From contig JBDLUE010000001.1 of assembly GCA_039805505.1 (NCBI GenBank), positions 1-63,845 on the forward strand: 63,845 nucleotides of DNA, given 5' to 3'. Shown in pieces: positions 38,511 to 49,169 of this stretch. The number at the start of each line of letters is the position of its first letter. The stretch's first letter is position 1. A program made the translations under genes and the position numbers. Under the pieces are notes generated by a model that saw only the letters and a program-made list of their open reading frames with translations, had not been told where the DNA came from and made no database searches. Source of the stretch: Actinomycetota bacterium (GTDB lineage Bacteria; Actinomycetota; Actinomycetes; Actinomycetales; Microbacteriaceae).

Positions 38511-41500
38511 CTAGTCGGCGTAAAACAAGCGTTCGTAAACCATGCGAGAGCGTCGGGTGAAGGCTAGGTAGTCCTCTTCGAGTTGGGTGGCAGAACCGGC
38601 AGGGTATTCCAGAATGCGAGCCATACCTTCGAGTTGCTGCCTGTCAGTTGGCAGCACATCCGTGCGCTTATTTGCCCAGAGAACCGATGCAGAACGAACC
38701 CGAGACGCGAACGTCCAAGCCTCGCTCAGAACACGGGCATCATGCTCGGCTATGAGACCAGCACGCACACTGGCTTCGAGCGCCTCTAGAGTTTTGGGTG
38801 TTCGAATCTCAGGATGGTCTTTGCCGTGCTTTAACTGCATCAACTGCACTAACCACTCGACGTCACTGAGCGAGCCTCGGCCAAGTTTGGTGTGACGGCG
38901 TGGGTCCGCGCCTTGCGGCAGGCGCTCAGTCTCCATCCTGGCCTTGATCCTGCGAATCTCCGTCACGGCAGTTGCTGGGAGCTCCGTGGGATAGCGGTAG
39001 CTGTTGATCAACTGCAAGAATTCTTCAACTAATCTAGGGCTGCCCGCAATCGGCTTGGCGCGAAGAAGCGCCTGCGATTCCCAAGTGTCGGCCCATCGCG
39101 CGTAATAGGCGCGGTAGGAATCTAGAGAACGCGCATTCGGCCCGTTCTTACCTTCGGGCCTTAGATCTAGGTCGAGTTCAAATTCCAAAAGAGGATCCGC
39201 CGCAAGCAACTTTATGTCGGAGATGATTCGCTCTGCGGTCTTTTGAGCCAGTTCAGGGATGATGTCAGGCAACGGCTCGTAAACGAACATCACGTCGGCA
39301 TCGGAGCCAAACCCGAGCTCCTCTCCCCCAAATCGACCCATCGCAATAATGCCAAAGTCAAGAATCTCAAGTGGGCGATCAGCCGAAACGTTAGAGCCGG
39401 GGAGTTCAACAACGACGTCCAGGATTCCCCTAACATAACAAGCCGTGAGATCGCTCAACGCCTGCGAAATCTGCTCGAGCGACAGTTCACCGAGAACGGC
39501 GCCCATGGCCACTCGTAAGGTTTCACGGCGTCGGATCTGACGCATGGCCGCTGCAGCGGTATCAGCCTGCTCATGTCGACCGACGATCGCATTGAACTCA
39601 ACCTTGAGTTCGGTCTCGGTCGTTGGAACCAAGTCTTCTAAACGCTCAAACCAGGCAGCTGCCTCTGGAATACGCTCGAACAGGTTGGTAGCAAGCCTGC
39701 TGTTCGAGAGAACCTGTGTCATGCGCTCGGCTGCGCCGGTGGCGTCTCGAAGCATCCGCAAATACCAAGGCGACTCTCCTAGGTCTTCACTGAGGCGCCT
39801 GAACGCTAGCAGTGCGGAGTCAGGATCAGTGCCCTTGGCAAACCATTCGAGCAAGACGGGAAGTAGCTGCTTTTGGATGGCTGCTCGGCGTGAAAGCCCA
39901 GAGGTTAGGGCGGCGATGTTTTTATGTGCCCCAGCAGGATCCGCAAAGCCAATTGCCCTTAGACGGTCTTCGACCTGTGCGCTAGACAGCTCAAGGTTAG
40001 ACCCCTCCAGCTTCGCTGCTGCGCTAAGCAGCGGTCGATAGAAAATCTTCTGGTGCAAGGCGCGAACTTCTACCTTGACCTTCTCCCAATCAGCGGAGAG
40101 TAAGTCTGCATTGCTTTTGAGAGAAACACTGCGGGCAAGCGGGCGAAGTTTCGCTTCACTGGTGGGCATCAAGTGGGTTCTGCGCATGTCCGAAAGCTGA
40201 ATGCGATGCTCTAGAAAGCGAAGGAATTTATAGTGCATAGCGAATTGAGCTGACTCGCTTCTGCCAACGTAACCGGCCGCTGTCAGAGCATCCAAGGCGC
40301 TTAACGTGTCGCGTTGATGCACCGAATCATCTGTTCTGCCGTGGACAAGCTGCAGAAGTTGTACGGTGAACTCAATGTCGCGCAGACCGCCTGGACCGAG
40401 TTTTATCTCGAGGTTCAGTTCATTTGCAGGGATGAACTGCATGACGCGTTCACGCATCTTCTGAGCCGATTCCACGAAGTTTTCACGTCCAGCGGAGGCC
40501 CAAACCTTTGGCGCCAAAGCAGTAACATAGGCATCACCTAGGCCAATATCACCAGCAATCGGCCTGGCCTTCAGCAACGCTTGGAACTCCCAGCTCTCCG
40601 CCCAGCGATCGTAGTAAGCGATGTGCGATTCAAGCGTGCGAACCAACGCCCCCGCCTTGCCTTCTGGACGAAGGTTAGGGTCAACCTGCCAAAGATCCGG
40701 CTCGGATGCTGTACCGTCCATGGCACGCATCATTCTCGTTGCCAACTTGGTTGCGACCTCAAGGGCTTTACTGTTCTCAACATCTGGAGAACCCGATTCC
40801 GCGACATAAATCACGTCTACATCTGAGATGTAGTTCAATTCGCGAGCACCGCACTTGCCCATGGCAATGACAGCAATTTTGGTGGCGTCAATCTCGAGGG
40901 AGCTAAACACTCCATGGTCTCGGGTGAACTTCAGGTCGGCGCGCGCAATGGCTAGCCCAGCTTCAATTGCTCCGCCGGCGATGTCGGCCAATGCCGCTGC
41001 CACTACTGGCAAATCATCCTGGGCGTTTGGTGAAGTTAGGTCGAAGATTGCGATCTTGAGGAGCTCAACCCGGTAGGCCTTTCGAAGCGCATTCCACGCC
41101 TCAGGCGTGCTGAAACCCTGCTTCAACATAGGTGTCACTTGGTCAGCGATCACCTTCCTGTAACGCTCAGGCCCTAGAATTATCGGATGCGGTTTCTCGA
41201 AAACATGCATGGCGTCAGGATGGCGACGCAGAAAATCGGTGAGAGCCTTCGATGCCCCAAGCACGGCGCAGAGACGAATCGCCTGATCATGTTTGCTCAA
41301 CAAGCGCCTTACGACACTTTTGTCTCGTTCGGCCAAATCCAAAAGGCTATTTAGCGCTTGGTCTGGATCAGGAGACAAACCTAGAGCTGCCACAGCCGAT
41401 CGACCTGAGTCGCCGACCAGCTTTACGAGTTGGTCCAGCTTTCCAATGGTTCCACCCAGGTCAGTGAACCCGTATTTGGCGAATTCCGAAAGCCCGGCGG

Positions 41501-41519
41501 GGCGATCTGCGTGGACCAT
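38511..41519 (-). CDS. glnE: Bifunctional glutamine synthetase adenylyltransferase/deadenylylase
   Basis: Two nucleotidyltransferase halves: MGKCGARELNYISDVD/LRPEG and MGRFGGEELGFGSDAD/LRPEG. Start set at ATG 41519, just after the glnA2 stop. Confidence 0.95.
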   Translation of the reverse strand: MVHADRPAGLSEFAKYGFTDLGGTIGKLDQLVKLVGDSGRSAVAALGLSPDPDQALNSLLDLAERDKSVVRRLLSKHDQAIRLCAVLGASKALTDFLRRHPDAMHVFEKPHPIILGPERYRKVIADQVTPMLKQGFSTPEAWNALRKAYRVELLKIAIFDLTSPNAQDDLPVVAAALADIAGGAIEAGLAIARADLKFTRDHGVFSSLEIDATKIAVIAMGKCGARELNYISDVDVIYVAESGSPDVENSKALEVATKLATRMMRAMDGTASEPDLWQVDPNLRPEGKAGALVRTLESHIAYYDRWAESWEFQALLKARPIAGDIGLGDAYVTALAPKVWASAGRENFVESAQKMRERVMQFIPANELNLEIKLGPGGLRDIEFTVQLLQLVHGRTDDSVHQRDTLSALDALTAAGYVGRSESAQFAMHYKFLRFLEHRIQLSDMRRTHLMPTSEAKLRPLARSVSLKSNADLLSADWEKVKVEVRALHQKIFYRPLLSAAAKLEGSNLELSSAQVEDRLRAIGFADPAGAHKNIAALTSGLSRRAAIQKQLLPVLLEWFAKGTDPDSALLAFRRLSEDLGESPWYLRMLRDATGAAERMTQVLSNSRLATNLFERIPEAAAWFERLEDLVPTTETELKVEFNAIVGRHEQADTAAAAMRQIRRRETLRVAMGAVLGELSLEQISQALSDLTACYVRGILDVVVELPGSNVSADRPLEILDFGIIAMGRFGGEELGFGSDADVMFVYEPLPDIIPELAQKTAERIISDIKLLAADPLLEFELDLDLRPEGKNGPNARSLDSYRAYYARWADTWESQALLRAKPIAGSPRLVEEFLQLINSYRYPTELPATAVTEIRRIKARMETERLPQGADPRRHTKLGRGSLSDVEWLVQLMQLKHGKDHPEIRTPKTLEALEASVRAGLIAEHDARVLSEAWTFASRVRSASVLWANKRTDVLPTDRQQLEGMARILEYPAGSATQLEEDYLAFTRRSRMVYERLFYAD

Positions 41520-41521
41520 GC

Positions 41522-42859
41522 TTAGAGAGATTCGAGGTTGTGCTTCAACTCGAATGGCGTGACCTGAGAGCGGTACTCGCTCCACTCTCTACGCTTATTG
41601 GCTAGAACATAGCTGAAAACCTCTTCGCCGAGGGTTTCGGCGGCCAGTTCGGACTCTTCAAGCTTCTTAATGGCATGGTCGAGGCTTTGAGGTAGAGGTT
41701 GAATTCCCATTGCACGACGCTCGGCGTCAGTGAGGGCCCAAACGTTGTCTTCGCTCTCGGCTGGAAGAGGGTACTCCTCGTCAATGCCCTTCATGCCGGC
41801 AGCAAGAATAAGCGCGTAGGCCAAGTATGGGTTTGCCGCCGAGTCAATTGCGCGGTACTCGATTCGAGAACTGTTGCCCTTGTTCGGCTTGTAGAACGGA
41901 ACTCGGATGAGTGAAGAACGGTTATTGTGACCCCAGCTCACATAGCTAGGGGCCTCTCCGCCACCCCATAGACGCTTGTATGAGTTGACGTACTGATTGG
42001 TAACCGCTGTGATCTCAGGGGCGTGACGCAGAAGACCAGCGATGAAGTGTTTGGCGGTCTTAGATAGGTGGTACTGAGAACCGGCCTCGAAGAATGCGTT
42101 GGTGTCGCCTTCGAATAGCGACATGTGAGTGTGCATTCCAGAGCCTGGGTGTTGGCTAAACGGCTTAGGCATAAACGTCGCGTAGACACCCTGCTCGATT
42201 GCAACTTCCTTGATTACGGTTCGGAAAGTCATGATGTTGTCGGCCATGGTTAGCGCATCTGCGTATCGAAGGTCGATTTCGTTCTGGCCTGGACCACCTT
42301 CGTGGTGGCTGAACTCTACAGAGATGCCGAGTTGCTCGAGCATGCCTACAGCACGACGGCGGAAGTCATGTGCGGTTCCGCCCGGGACGTTATCGAAGTA
42401 GCCTGCGTTATCGACCGGAATCGGACCCTCTGGGCCGATTTGCGAAGACTTTAGAAGGTAGAACTCAATCTCTGGATGAATGTAGAACGAAAAGCCTCGG
42501 TCTGAAGCCTTTGCCAGCGCGCGACGAAGAACATTTCGTGGGTCAGCTGCCGCTGCTTTTCCATCCGGGGTTTGGATGTCACAGAACATTCGAGCAGTTG
42601 GGTCGATCTCTCCGCGCCACGGAAGAATCTGGAATGTGGTCGGATCTGGCATAGCCAACATGTCGGCTTCATAGGTTCGAGCTAACCCTTCGATGGCCGA
42701 ACCATCGAAGCCGATTCCCTCAGCAAAAGCGCCTTCAACCTCGGCAGGAGCGATGGCCACTGACTTCAAAGTTCCGGCCACGTCGGTGAACCAAAGTCGC
42801 ACAAACTTAACTCCACGCTCTTCAATAGTCCGTAGAACGAAGTCGGTTTGCTTATCCAT
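41522..42859 (-). CDS. glnA2: Glutamine synthetase family protein GlnA2 (GS-like / gamma-glutamylating enzyme)
   Basis: MDKQTDFVLRTIEER..FVRLWFTD, GFDGSAIEG, HHEGGPGQNEI and FMPKPFSQHPGSGMH; adjacent to glnE. Confidence 0.9.
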   Translation of the reverse strand: MDKQTDFVLRTIEERGVKFVRLWFTDVAGTLKSVAIAPAEVEGAFAEGIGFDGSAIEGLARTYEADMLAMPDPTTFQILPWRGEIDPTARMFCDIQTPDGKAAAADPRNVLRRALAKASDRGFSFYIHPEIEFYLLKSSQIGPEGPIPVDNAGYFDNVPGGTAHDFRRRAVGMLEQLGISVEFSHHEGGPGQNEIDLRYADALTMADNIMTFRTVIKEVAIEQGVYATFMPKPFSQHPGSGMHTHMSLFEGDTNAFFEAGSQYHLSKTAKHFIAGLLRHAPEITAVTNQYVNSYKRLWGGGEAPSYVSWGHNNRSSLIRVPFYKPNKGNSSRIEYRAIDSAANPYLAYALILAAGMKGIDEEYPLPAESEDNVWALTDAERRAMGIQPLPQSLDHAIKKLEESELAAETLGEEVFSYVLANKRREWSEYRSQVTPFELKHNLESL

Positions 42860-42898
42860 CGATTTTTCCTATCTGTTCCTGCTACTAGGCTAATGGTT

Positions 42899-44542
42899 AT
42901 GCCTAAAGTTCGCTTAGTAATGGCCCAGACAAACCCGATCGTCGGTGACATTTCTGGCAACCTGGCGCAAACCCTAACGGCCATTGATGAGGCTCGCGCA
43001 AGCGGTGCCAACATGGTGGTTTTCGGTGAGATGAACCTAAGCGGTTACCCAATTGAGGATCTCGCAGCGAGGGAAAATTTTGTGCAGGCTGCGGTGCAGG
43101 CCGTTGAGAGTCTGGCGACCACGCTCCAAGCGGACCAGTATTCGGGGATGTGCGTAGTTGTTGGCCACCCCGCCCCAGCCGAGGCCACAAACGGATGGTC
43201 GATTGCCCACAACTCCGCCAGCGTCATCATCGATGGAGTTCTTTCTGGTAGGTACGCAAAGCGACACCTGCCCAACTATTCGGTGTTTGACGAGTTCAGA
43301 AACTTTGTCCCAGGAAATAAGCCACTCACCTTTGACTTTCAAGGGCTAACCTTCTCAACCCTCATTTGTGAAGACATCTGGCAGGCCGGCGAAACGGTCG
43401 CTCACCTAGAGCAGGCTGGGACCGATGTGGCTCTGGTTCTCAACGGTTCACCATTCGAAGTCTCAAAGACCGACACCAGACTCAAGCTTGTCCAAGACCT
43501 TGCCACGAAGCATGGCTGCGCCGTTGCGTACGTCAACTTGGTTGGCGGTCAGGACGACCTGGTCTTTGATGGAAACAGCCTCTTCGTGACCGCTCGAGGA
43601 GACCTAATTGCTAGGGCGGCTCAGTTTGACGTCAGCAACACAGTGATCGACATCGCTTCATCAACCGAGTGCGTCGCCGAGGTGACGACCAATGAAAATC
43701 GTGACGGATTGGGTGAGATCTGGGAAGCACTCGTACTCGGCCTCAGGGACTACATCGAAAAGAACGGTTTCAAGTCTGTTGTTCTAGGCCTTAGTGGTGG
43801 TATTGATTCCGCTGTTTGCGCAGTTCTCGCCTCGGATGCAATCGGTGGCTCAAGGGTCTTTGGTGTTTCTATGCCAAGCAAATATTCTTCGGGTCACTCC
43901 AAGGATGATGCAGCGGACCTTGCGCATCGGATTGGTTGCAACTATCGCACCGAAGTCATCGAAGCGATGGTTGACGCATTCGAAGGCCAACTGCACCTTG
44001 ATGGCCTGGCTTCCGAGAATCTTCAGGCCCGCATGAGAGGCGTGATTCTCATGGCTCTGAGCAACAGCGAGGGGCACCTCACTCTGACAACCGGAAACAA
44101 GACGGAGCTCGCCGTCGGATACAGCACAATCTATGGCGACTCTGTCGGTGGTTTCGCCCCGATCAAAGATGTCGAGAAGACTCTGGTCTGGCGCTTGGCG
44201 GAATGGCGAAATGCCAGAGCATCCGAGCTCGGTCAGACTCCCCCGATTCCAGAGAACTCAATCTCAAAACCACCATCTGCGGAACTGCGTCCCGACCAGG
44301 TTGACCAAGACAGCCTGCCCCCGTATGAAGAGCTAGACGCGCTTCTAGACGCCTACATTGATAGACGCCTGGGTCGCGACCAGATCATTGCCGAGGGTTT
44401 TGATGCCTCCACGGTTGACCGGATAATTGGTCTTGTTGATCGAGCCGAATGGAAGCGTCGACAGGGTGCAATCGGGCCAAAGATAACTGGGATGGCTTTC
44501 GGCCGAGACCGAAGACTTCCAATCACTAACAAGTTCAAGTAA
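42899..44542 (+). CDS. nadE: Glutamine-dependent NAD+ synthetase
   Basis: Nitrilase domain with intact E-K-C triad (FGEM, YAKRHLPNY, ICEDIW) plus LGLSGGIDS, ENLQAR, TGNKTE and KPPSAELRP. Start 42893 or 42899. Confidence 0.95.
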   Translation: MPKVRLVMAQTNPIVGDISGNLAQTLTAIDEARASGANMVVFGEMNLSGYPIEDLAARENFVQAAVQAVESLATTLQADQYSGMCVVVGHPAPAEATNGWSIAHNSASVIIDGVLSGRYAKRHLPNYSVFDEFRNFVPGNKPLTFDFQGLTFSTLICEDIWQAGETVAHLEQAGTDVALVLNGSPFEVSKTDTRLKLVQDLATKHGCAVAYVNLVGGQDDLVFDGNSLFVTARGDLIARAAQFDVSNTVIDIASSTECVAEVTTNENRDGLGEIWEALVLGLRDYIEKNGFKSVVLGLSGGIDSAVCAVLASDAIGGSRVFGVSMPSKYSSGHSKDDAADLAHRIGCNYRTEVIEAMVDAFEGQLHLDGLASENLQARMRGVILMALSNSEGHLTLTTGNKTELAVGYSTIYGDSVGGFAPIKDVEKTLVWRLAEWRNARASELGQTPPIPENSISKPPSAELRPDQVDQDSLPPYEELDALLDAYIDRRLGRDQIIAEGFDASTVDRIIGLVDRAEWKRRQGAIGPKITGMAFGRDRRLPITNKFK

Positions 44543-44556
44543 ATAGGAGCACACAA

Positions 44557-44949
44557 ATGGCAGCAGACAAGTTGATTTCTAGCGGTGGCCCATGGGAGTC
44601 AGTAATTGGCTATTCACGAGCGACAGTAGCCGGTGAATATGTACACGTTTCTGGTTCAACAGCGACTGTTGGCGGACAACTGCAGCACGAGGGCGACGCT
44701 TATGGCCAAACCCTAGTCACACTTAATGAGGTCATTGCTCCCGCTTTGGCACAGGCCGGTTACACGCTTGGCGACGTGGTTCGCTCGCGTGTCTACCTAT
44801 CGAACGCTTCAGACATGGACGCCGTAGGCAAAGCTCACGGCGAAATTTTCGGAGACATTCGCCCTGCAGCAACCATGCTGGCTGGAATCCAGTTCATCAA
44901 TCCTGCGATGTTGGTAGAGATCGAAGTAGACGCCTGGAAACGCAGTTAA
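44557..44949 (+). CDS. RidA/YjgF family protein
   Basis: SSGGPWESVIGYSRA, VSGST, IRPAATM and LVEIEVDA. Confidence 0.88.
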   Translation: MAADKLISSGGPWESVIGYSRATVAGEYVHVSGSTATVGGQLQHEGDAYGQTLVTLNEVIAPALAQAGYTLGDVVRSRVYLSNASDMDAVGKAHGEIFGDIRPAATMLAGIQFINPAMLVEIEVDAWKRS

Positions 44950-45767
44950 TGACCGCAGCACTTTCACCAAAGAAAGTTCGAACCGCCCACCTTGCTGAGT
45001 TCAAGCAGGCGGGCCAAAAATTTTCCTGCCTGACCAGCTACGACCAGTTGACTGCTGGGATCTTCGACGAGGCCGGCATCGAGGTCATCCTCGTCGGTGA
45101 CTCGGCAGCCGACAATGCGCTCGGCTACAAGTCCACATTGCCAATTTCGGTGGACGAAATTATCCCTTTCGGTCGCGCCGTTGCCGGTGCAGCCTCTCGC
45201 GCACTGGTTGTAGTGGACATGCCATTTGGCTCCTACGAGCTAAGCCCAGAGCAAGCGCTAGAAAATGCCATCCGCATCATGAAACTCACTGGTGCCGACG
45301 CTGTGAAACTTGAGGGTGGTACACGAAGTGCCGCTCAGATAAAGGCGATTACGACCGCTGGCATTCCTGTGATGGCGCACATTGGTTTCACTCCACAGAG
45401 CGTGAATAACCTTGGTGGATTCAAGGTTCAGGGCCGCGGTGATGGTGCTGCTGCTCTTATGGAGGACGCCGTGGCTGTAGCCGATGCCGGGGCTTTTTCG
45501 GTTGTGCTCGAGTTGGTTCCCGCCGAACTAGCCAAGCAAGTCACGGATACCTGCGGGATAGCAACCATTGGAATCGGTGCTGGGCCAGACACAGACGGTC
45601 AAATTCTTGTTTGGACCGATTTTGCTGGACTCTCAAGCCACAAACCCAAGAAGTTCGTCAAGCAATATGCTCAGGTCCGTGAGACGCTCCTAGAGGCAGC
45701 TCAGGCTTACCGTGCAGAGGTTGCAAGCGGTGTGTTCCCAGAGCACTCGAGATCATTCGAGGGCTAA
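44949..45767 (+). CDS. panB: 3-methyl-2-oxobutanoate hydroxymethyltransferase
   Basis: LTSYD, LVGDS, DMPFGSY, VKLEGG, HIGFTPQ and IGIGAG. Confidence 0.96.
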   Translation: MTAALSPKKVRTAHLAEFKQAGQKFSCLTSYDQLTAGIFDEAGIEVILVGDSAADNALGYKSTLPISVDEIIPFGRAVAGAASRALVVVDMPFGSYELSPEQALENAIRIMKLTGADAVKLEGGTRSAAQIKAITTAGIPVMAHIGFTPQSVNNLGGFKVQGRGDGAAALMEDAVAVADAGAFSVVLELVPAELAKQVTDTCGIATIGIGAGPDTDGQILVWTDFAGLSSHKPKKFVKQYAQVRETLLEAAQAYRAEVASGVFPEHSRSFEG

Positions 45768-45959
45768 CTACTCTTCCTCGGTTGCCCAATCGGCACTACG
45801 CGCTCTAAGCGTGTCTAACGCAGCCTTCGCTTCGAGTTCGGTTGCGAATGGGCCTACCCGATTTGGAGCGGCACTTAGCCGGCCAACCTCTACCTTGAGC
45901 GTCTTTAGGTTGAACCAAAACTCCGGTTTCTCATCCTTTTCGGAATACACGCTGCTCAT
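45768..45959 (-). CDS. Small conserved actinobacterial protein divergent from map (SPOR-like)
   Basis: EFWFNLKT..VE.G......RVGPFATELEA..AL......W. Start set at ATG 45959, which has TATGCT-N6 upstream; the ORF-track start overlaps map. Confidence 0.72.
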   Translation of the reverse strand: MSSVYSEKDEKPEFWFNLKTLKVEVGRLSAAPNRVGPFATELEAKAALDTLRARSADWATEEE

Positions 45960-45997
45960 ATGACGAGCATAACTGCCCAGCGATTTAGACTTAGACA

Positions 45998-46867
45998 ATG
46001 CCTCGCGACCTTGCCACCGGACACCTAACCATGGGCAAGTTGTCAGCAACCAGATCAGTTCCCAACGCGATCATCCGCCCCGAATACGTAGGCAAGTCAG
46101 CCCCGGCAAAATTCTCTGGCTCGGATGTCAAGACCCCCGAGCAGGTGGCCAAGATTCGCGCCGCGGGGCGAATCGCGGCTCAGGCTATTCAACTCGTTGG
46201 TGAAGCTTGCAAACCCGGCGTGACCACCGATGAACTAGACCGAATCGGTCACGAATTCGTCATTTCACAAGGCGCATACCCATCTACCCTGGGCTACCGG
46301 GGTTTCCCCAAGTCTCTCTGCAGTTCAATCAATGAAGTTATTTGTCACGGAATTCCGGATGACACAGTGCTCCAGGATGGCGACATCATCAATATCGACA
46401 TCACCGCTTTCAAAGATGGTTTTCACGGCGATAGCAATGTGACTTTTCTAGTTGGAAACGTTGCGCCTGAGGTTGAAGTCTTGGTTGAACGCACACACGA
46501 GGCGATGATGCGCGGAATCAATGCCGCATTGCCAGGGCGGTCGGTGAATATCATCGGACGCGCAATCGAAACCTATGCAAAGCGATTCAACTACGGCGTG
46601 GTACGCGACTTCACGGGGCACGGGGTAGGCGAGGCATTCCATTCAGGTCTAGTGATCCCCCACTACGACTCTGCCCCACACTTCGACGATGAAATCAAGG
46701 TCGGCATGGTTTTCACAATTGAGCCAATGCTGACCTTAGGGACTCACGAATGGGACATTTGGGACGATGACTGGACTGTGGTCACCAAAGACAGAAGCCT
46801 CACTGCCCAGTTTGAACACACGATTGTCATCACCGATGACGGTCCTGAAATCTTGACACTTCCATAG
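45998..46867 (+). CDS. map: Methionine aminopeptidase type I
   Basis: [17 protein letters not shown]...[19 protein letters not shown] and AQFEHT. Confidence 0.96.
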   Translation: MPRDLATGHLTMGKLSATRSVPNAIIRPEYVGKSAPAKFSGSDVKTPEQVAKIRAAGRIAAQAIQLVGEACKPGVTTDELDRIGHEFVISQGAYPSTLGYRGFPKSLCSSINEVICHGIPDDTVLQDGDIINIDITAFKDGFHGDSNVTFLVGNVAPEVEVLVERTHEAMMRGINAALPGRSVNIIGRAIETYAKRFNYGVVRDFTGHGVGEAFHSGLVIPHYDSAPHFDDEIKVGMVFTIEPMLTLGTHEWDIWDDDWTVVTKDRSLTAQFEHTIVITDDGPEILTLP

Positions 46868-46882
46868 CAGGAGAGAATCACC

Positions 46883-47644
46883 ATGGCAAGAAAAGCAATC
46901 GGCATCGACATTGGTGGCACCGGGATCAAGGGCGCGATCGTCGACGTAAAGAATGGTCTGCTAATCGGCGACCGTGTCCGATATGAGACACCCGCAGGTG
47001 GCCACCCAGCCGACATCGCGGTCGTGGTTGCCAAGGTCGTGCGCGATCTAAAGCCCTCCCGAGCAACCCTTCCCGTTGGAGTCTGCTTTCCAGCGGTTGT
47101 TCAGCATGGCCGCACAATGTCGGCTGCAAATGTTTCAAAAGAGTGGATTGGCTTAGATGCGGATGGCTTGTTTGAACGCACACTGCAACGCCACGTGCAT
47201 GTCTTGAACGATGCAGATGCCGCAGGCGTGGCCGAGATGAAGTTCGGCGCAGCGAAGAAGCGCAAGGGCCTAGTCATCATGACCACGTTGGGCACGGGAA
47301 TCGGCACCGCATTGTTTATGAACGGTGAACTAGTGCCGAACGCTGAGCTAGGTCACATAGAGATTGATGGCGTTGATTACGAAACAAAGGCTTCCTTCGC
47401 CGCCAAGGAGCGCGAGAATCTAACCTTTGATGAGTGGGCGAAGCGCCTTCAGAAGTACTACTCGACACTGGAGCGTCTATTCAGCCCAGATCTAATCGTG
47501 GTCGGTGGAGGGGTAAGCAAGCAGTGGGAAGAGTTTCTTCCCAAGCTGGATCTGAACTGCGAGATTGTTCCTGCTCTCAAGCGAAACAACGCCGGAATTC
47601 TTGGCGCTGCAGCACTGGCCTGGAAGAACTCAGACAACGAATAA
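46883..47644 (+). CDS. ppgK: Polyphosphate glucokinase (ROK family)
   Basis: GIDIGGTGIKGA, SAANVSKEW, NDADAAG.AE, TLGTGIG and PNAELGH. Confidence 0.92.
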   Translation: MARKAIGIDIGGTGIKGAIVDVKNGLLIGDRVRYETPAGGHPADIAVVVAKVVRDLKPSRATLPVGVCFPAVVQHGRTMSAANVSKEWIGLDADGLFERTLQRHVHVLNDADAAGVAEMKFGAAKKRKGLVIMTTLGTGIGTALFMNGELVPNAELGHIEIDGVDYETKASFAAKERENLTFDEWAKRLQKYYSTLERLFSPDLIVVGGGVSKQWEEFLPKLDLNCEIVPALKRNNAGILGAAALAWKNSDNE

Positions 47645-47646
47645 GT

Positions 47647-47994
47647 GGATGGGCCGGCTGTTACGCCGGGTTCTGTCCCTGTTTCCAGGTGACGGTCATC
47701 TATCTAGTGGTGCCATTGCTGACACCCTCAAGCGGTCTACCCGAAGACTAAAGCGAGCAGCTTTTTGCGCCTTCTGTCTGACCTTGCTCCAAACGAGGTT
47801 TACATAGCCGAGGTGCTCACACACCCCGCTGGTGGTCTCTTACACCACCGTTTCACCCTTACCGTTTGCACGGCGGTTTACTTTCTGTTGCACTATCTCG
47901 CAGGTTGCCCTGAGTGGCTGTTAGCCACCGTCTTGCTCTGTGGAGCCCGGACGTTCCTCGTCATTTCTGCCGCGACCGTCTTGCCGACCCATCC
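47647..47994 (-). ncRNA. rnpB: RNase P RNA (type A)
   Basis: Minus strand P1 GGATGGGTCGG/CCGGCCCATCC, GAGGAACGTCCGGGCTC, AGTGCAACAGAAAG, GGGTGAAACGG and ACAGAACCCGGCGTA; -10 TAGTCT at 48007-48002. Confidence 0.95.
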
Positions 47995-48011
47995 GAGGTT
48001 AAGACTACTTG

Positions 48012-49169
48012 CTATAGATGGGAGGTGGAATTCATGGTGACGACTTCGGCGGCTTGGTCACCCCAAAAACGGATGATTGTGATTGAGCACGGGGAGATTT
48101 GCGGTCGCCAATAACCTGCAACGCCAGAATCCACGCCAGCACGGATGAACCCACGGATGGGCATTACGTGCGAAACAACGGCGACCGTCTTTCCAGCGTG
48201 CGCCGCAAGTATGTCTCTTCGACCTTGTTGCACTCTGGCGTCGAAGACCTCAAGCGACTCGCCGTTTGGCGGTGAAGCCGTCCAAGACCCCTGCCAGTCT
48301 TCGAACTCGCTCTTCCACTTGGACATGACCTCGTCATGCGTGTGGCCATCCCAGTCTCCAAATGAGATTTCTGCGATGTTCTCGTTGACTTGAACACCGA
48401 GCCCAAGTTCGTTTGAGATGATGTGCGCGGTGTCTAGGGTTCGCTGAATCGGCGACGAAACGATCGCTGAGATCGGGGTTAGATGAGACCAGGGGCCAGA
48501 ATTACCGATTTCGGCAAGTGCCTGAGCAACGTTGTGGGCGTCTTCGCGACCTGAATCGGACAGCCCCGGGTTCTCTCCCCCTCGTCCCGAGATGCGCTTG
48601 CTCTCGGTGAGGTGAGTTCTCCCGTGCCGGACAAGAATGATGGTGGTCAGTGGTTCGGTTACGCCTCCGGGAGCACGAACCGAGCTAGGAAGCGTTTGGT
48701 TGAACTCAACCACAGAAGCGCGAGGGCCGACGTCAGAGGTAGCCACGACGGCATCCCCTTGCTCGTCCATTGCCTTGTTGGCTAACGCATCAGCACGCGA
48801 GTTTTCCTCGCGAGGAATCCATTGCCACCTAATCGGTTTCCCAGCGACAATTTTCTGCACACGAGCTCCGAGTTGCTGCATATCGGGGTGCTTGATCTTC
48901 CAACGTCCGGCCATTTGCTCAATGACGAGCTTGCTGTCCATGCGGACAAGAATGCGCGCCTCAGAATTCAAGGAGTAAGCCCCCTCAAGTCCAGCGACTA
49001 AAGCGAGGTACTCAGCCACATTGTTGGTTGCAACACCGATAAACTTCGAGATTTCGAGGACAACTTCGCCTGTATCTGCGTTGATAACGCATGCGCCTGA
49101 ACCCGCGATTCCGGGGTTGCCTCGCGAACCGCCATCGGCCTCGATTATTAGGTTCGATGGAACGCTCAT
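48012..49169 (-). CDS. Bifunctional RNase HI / histidine (acid) phosphatase
   Basis: RNase H motifs EADGGSRGNPG, TNNVAEY, DSKLV and NSRADALAN fused to an RHG phosphatase domain (LVRHG, SSP..R, VSH). Start ATG 49169 overlaps the upstream stop. Confidence 0.92.
   Translation of the reverse strand: MSVPSNLIIEADGGSRGNPGIAGSGACVINADTGEVVLEISKFIGVATNNVAEYLALVAGLEGAYSLNSEARILVRMDSKLVIEQMAGRWKIKHPDMQQLGARVQKIVAGKPIRWQWIPREENSRADALANKAMDEQGDAVVATSDVGPRASVVEFNQTLPSSVRAPGGVTEPLTTIILVRHGRTHLTESKRISGRGGENPGLSDSGREDAHNVAQALAEIGNSGPWSHLTPISAIVSSPIQRTLDTAHIISNELGLGVQVNENIAEISFGDWDGHTHDEVMSKWKSEFEDWQGSWTASPPNGESLEVFDARVQQGRRDILAAHAGKTVAVVSHVMPIRGFIRAGVDSGVAGYWRPQISPCSITIIRFWGDQAAEVVTMNSTSHL

Noticed and set aside
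37008-42859. Two glutamine-synthetase genes flanking glnE
   Set aside because: glnA plus glnE-glnA2 is the standard actinobacterial arrangement.
47434-48114. Several short ORFs (47434..47751, 47565..47807, 47765..48040, 47914..48114)
   Set aside because: They overlap the RNase P RNA gene on the opposite strand.
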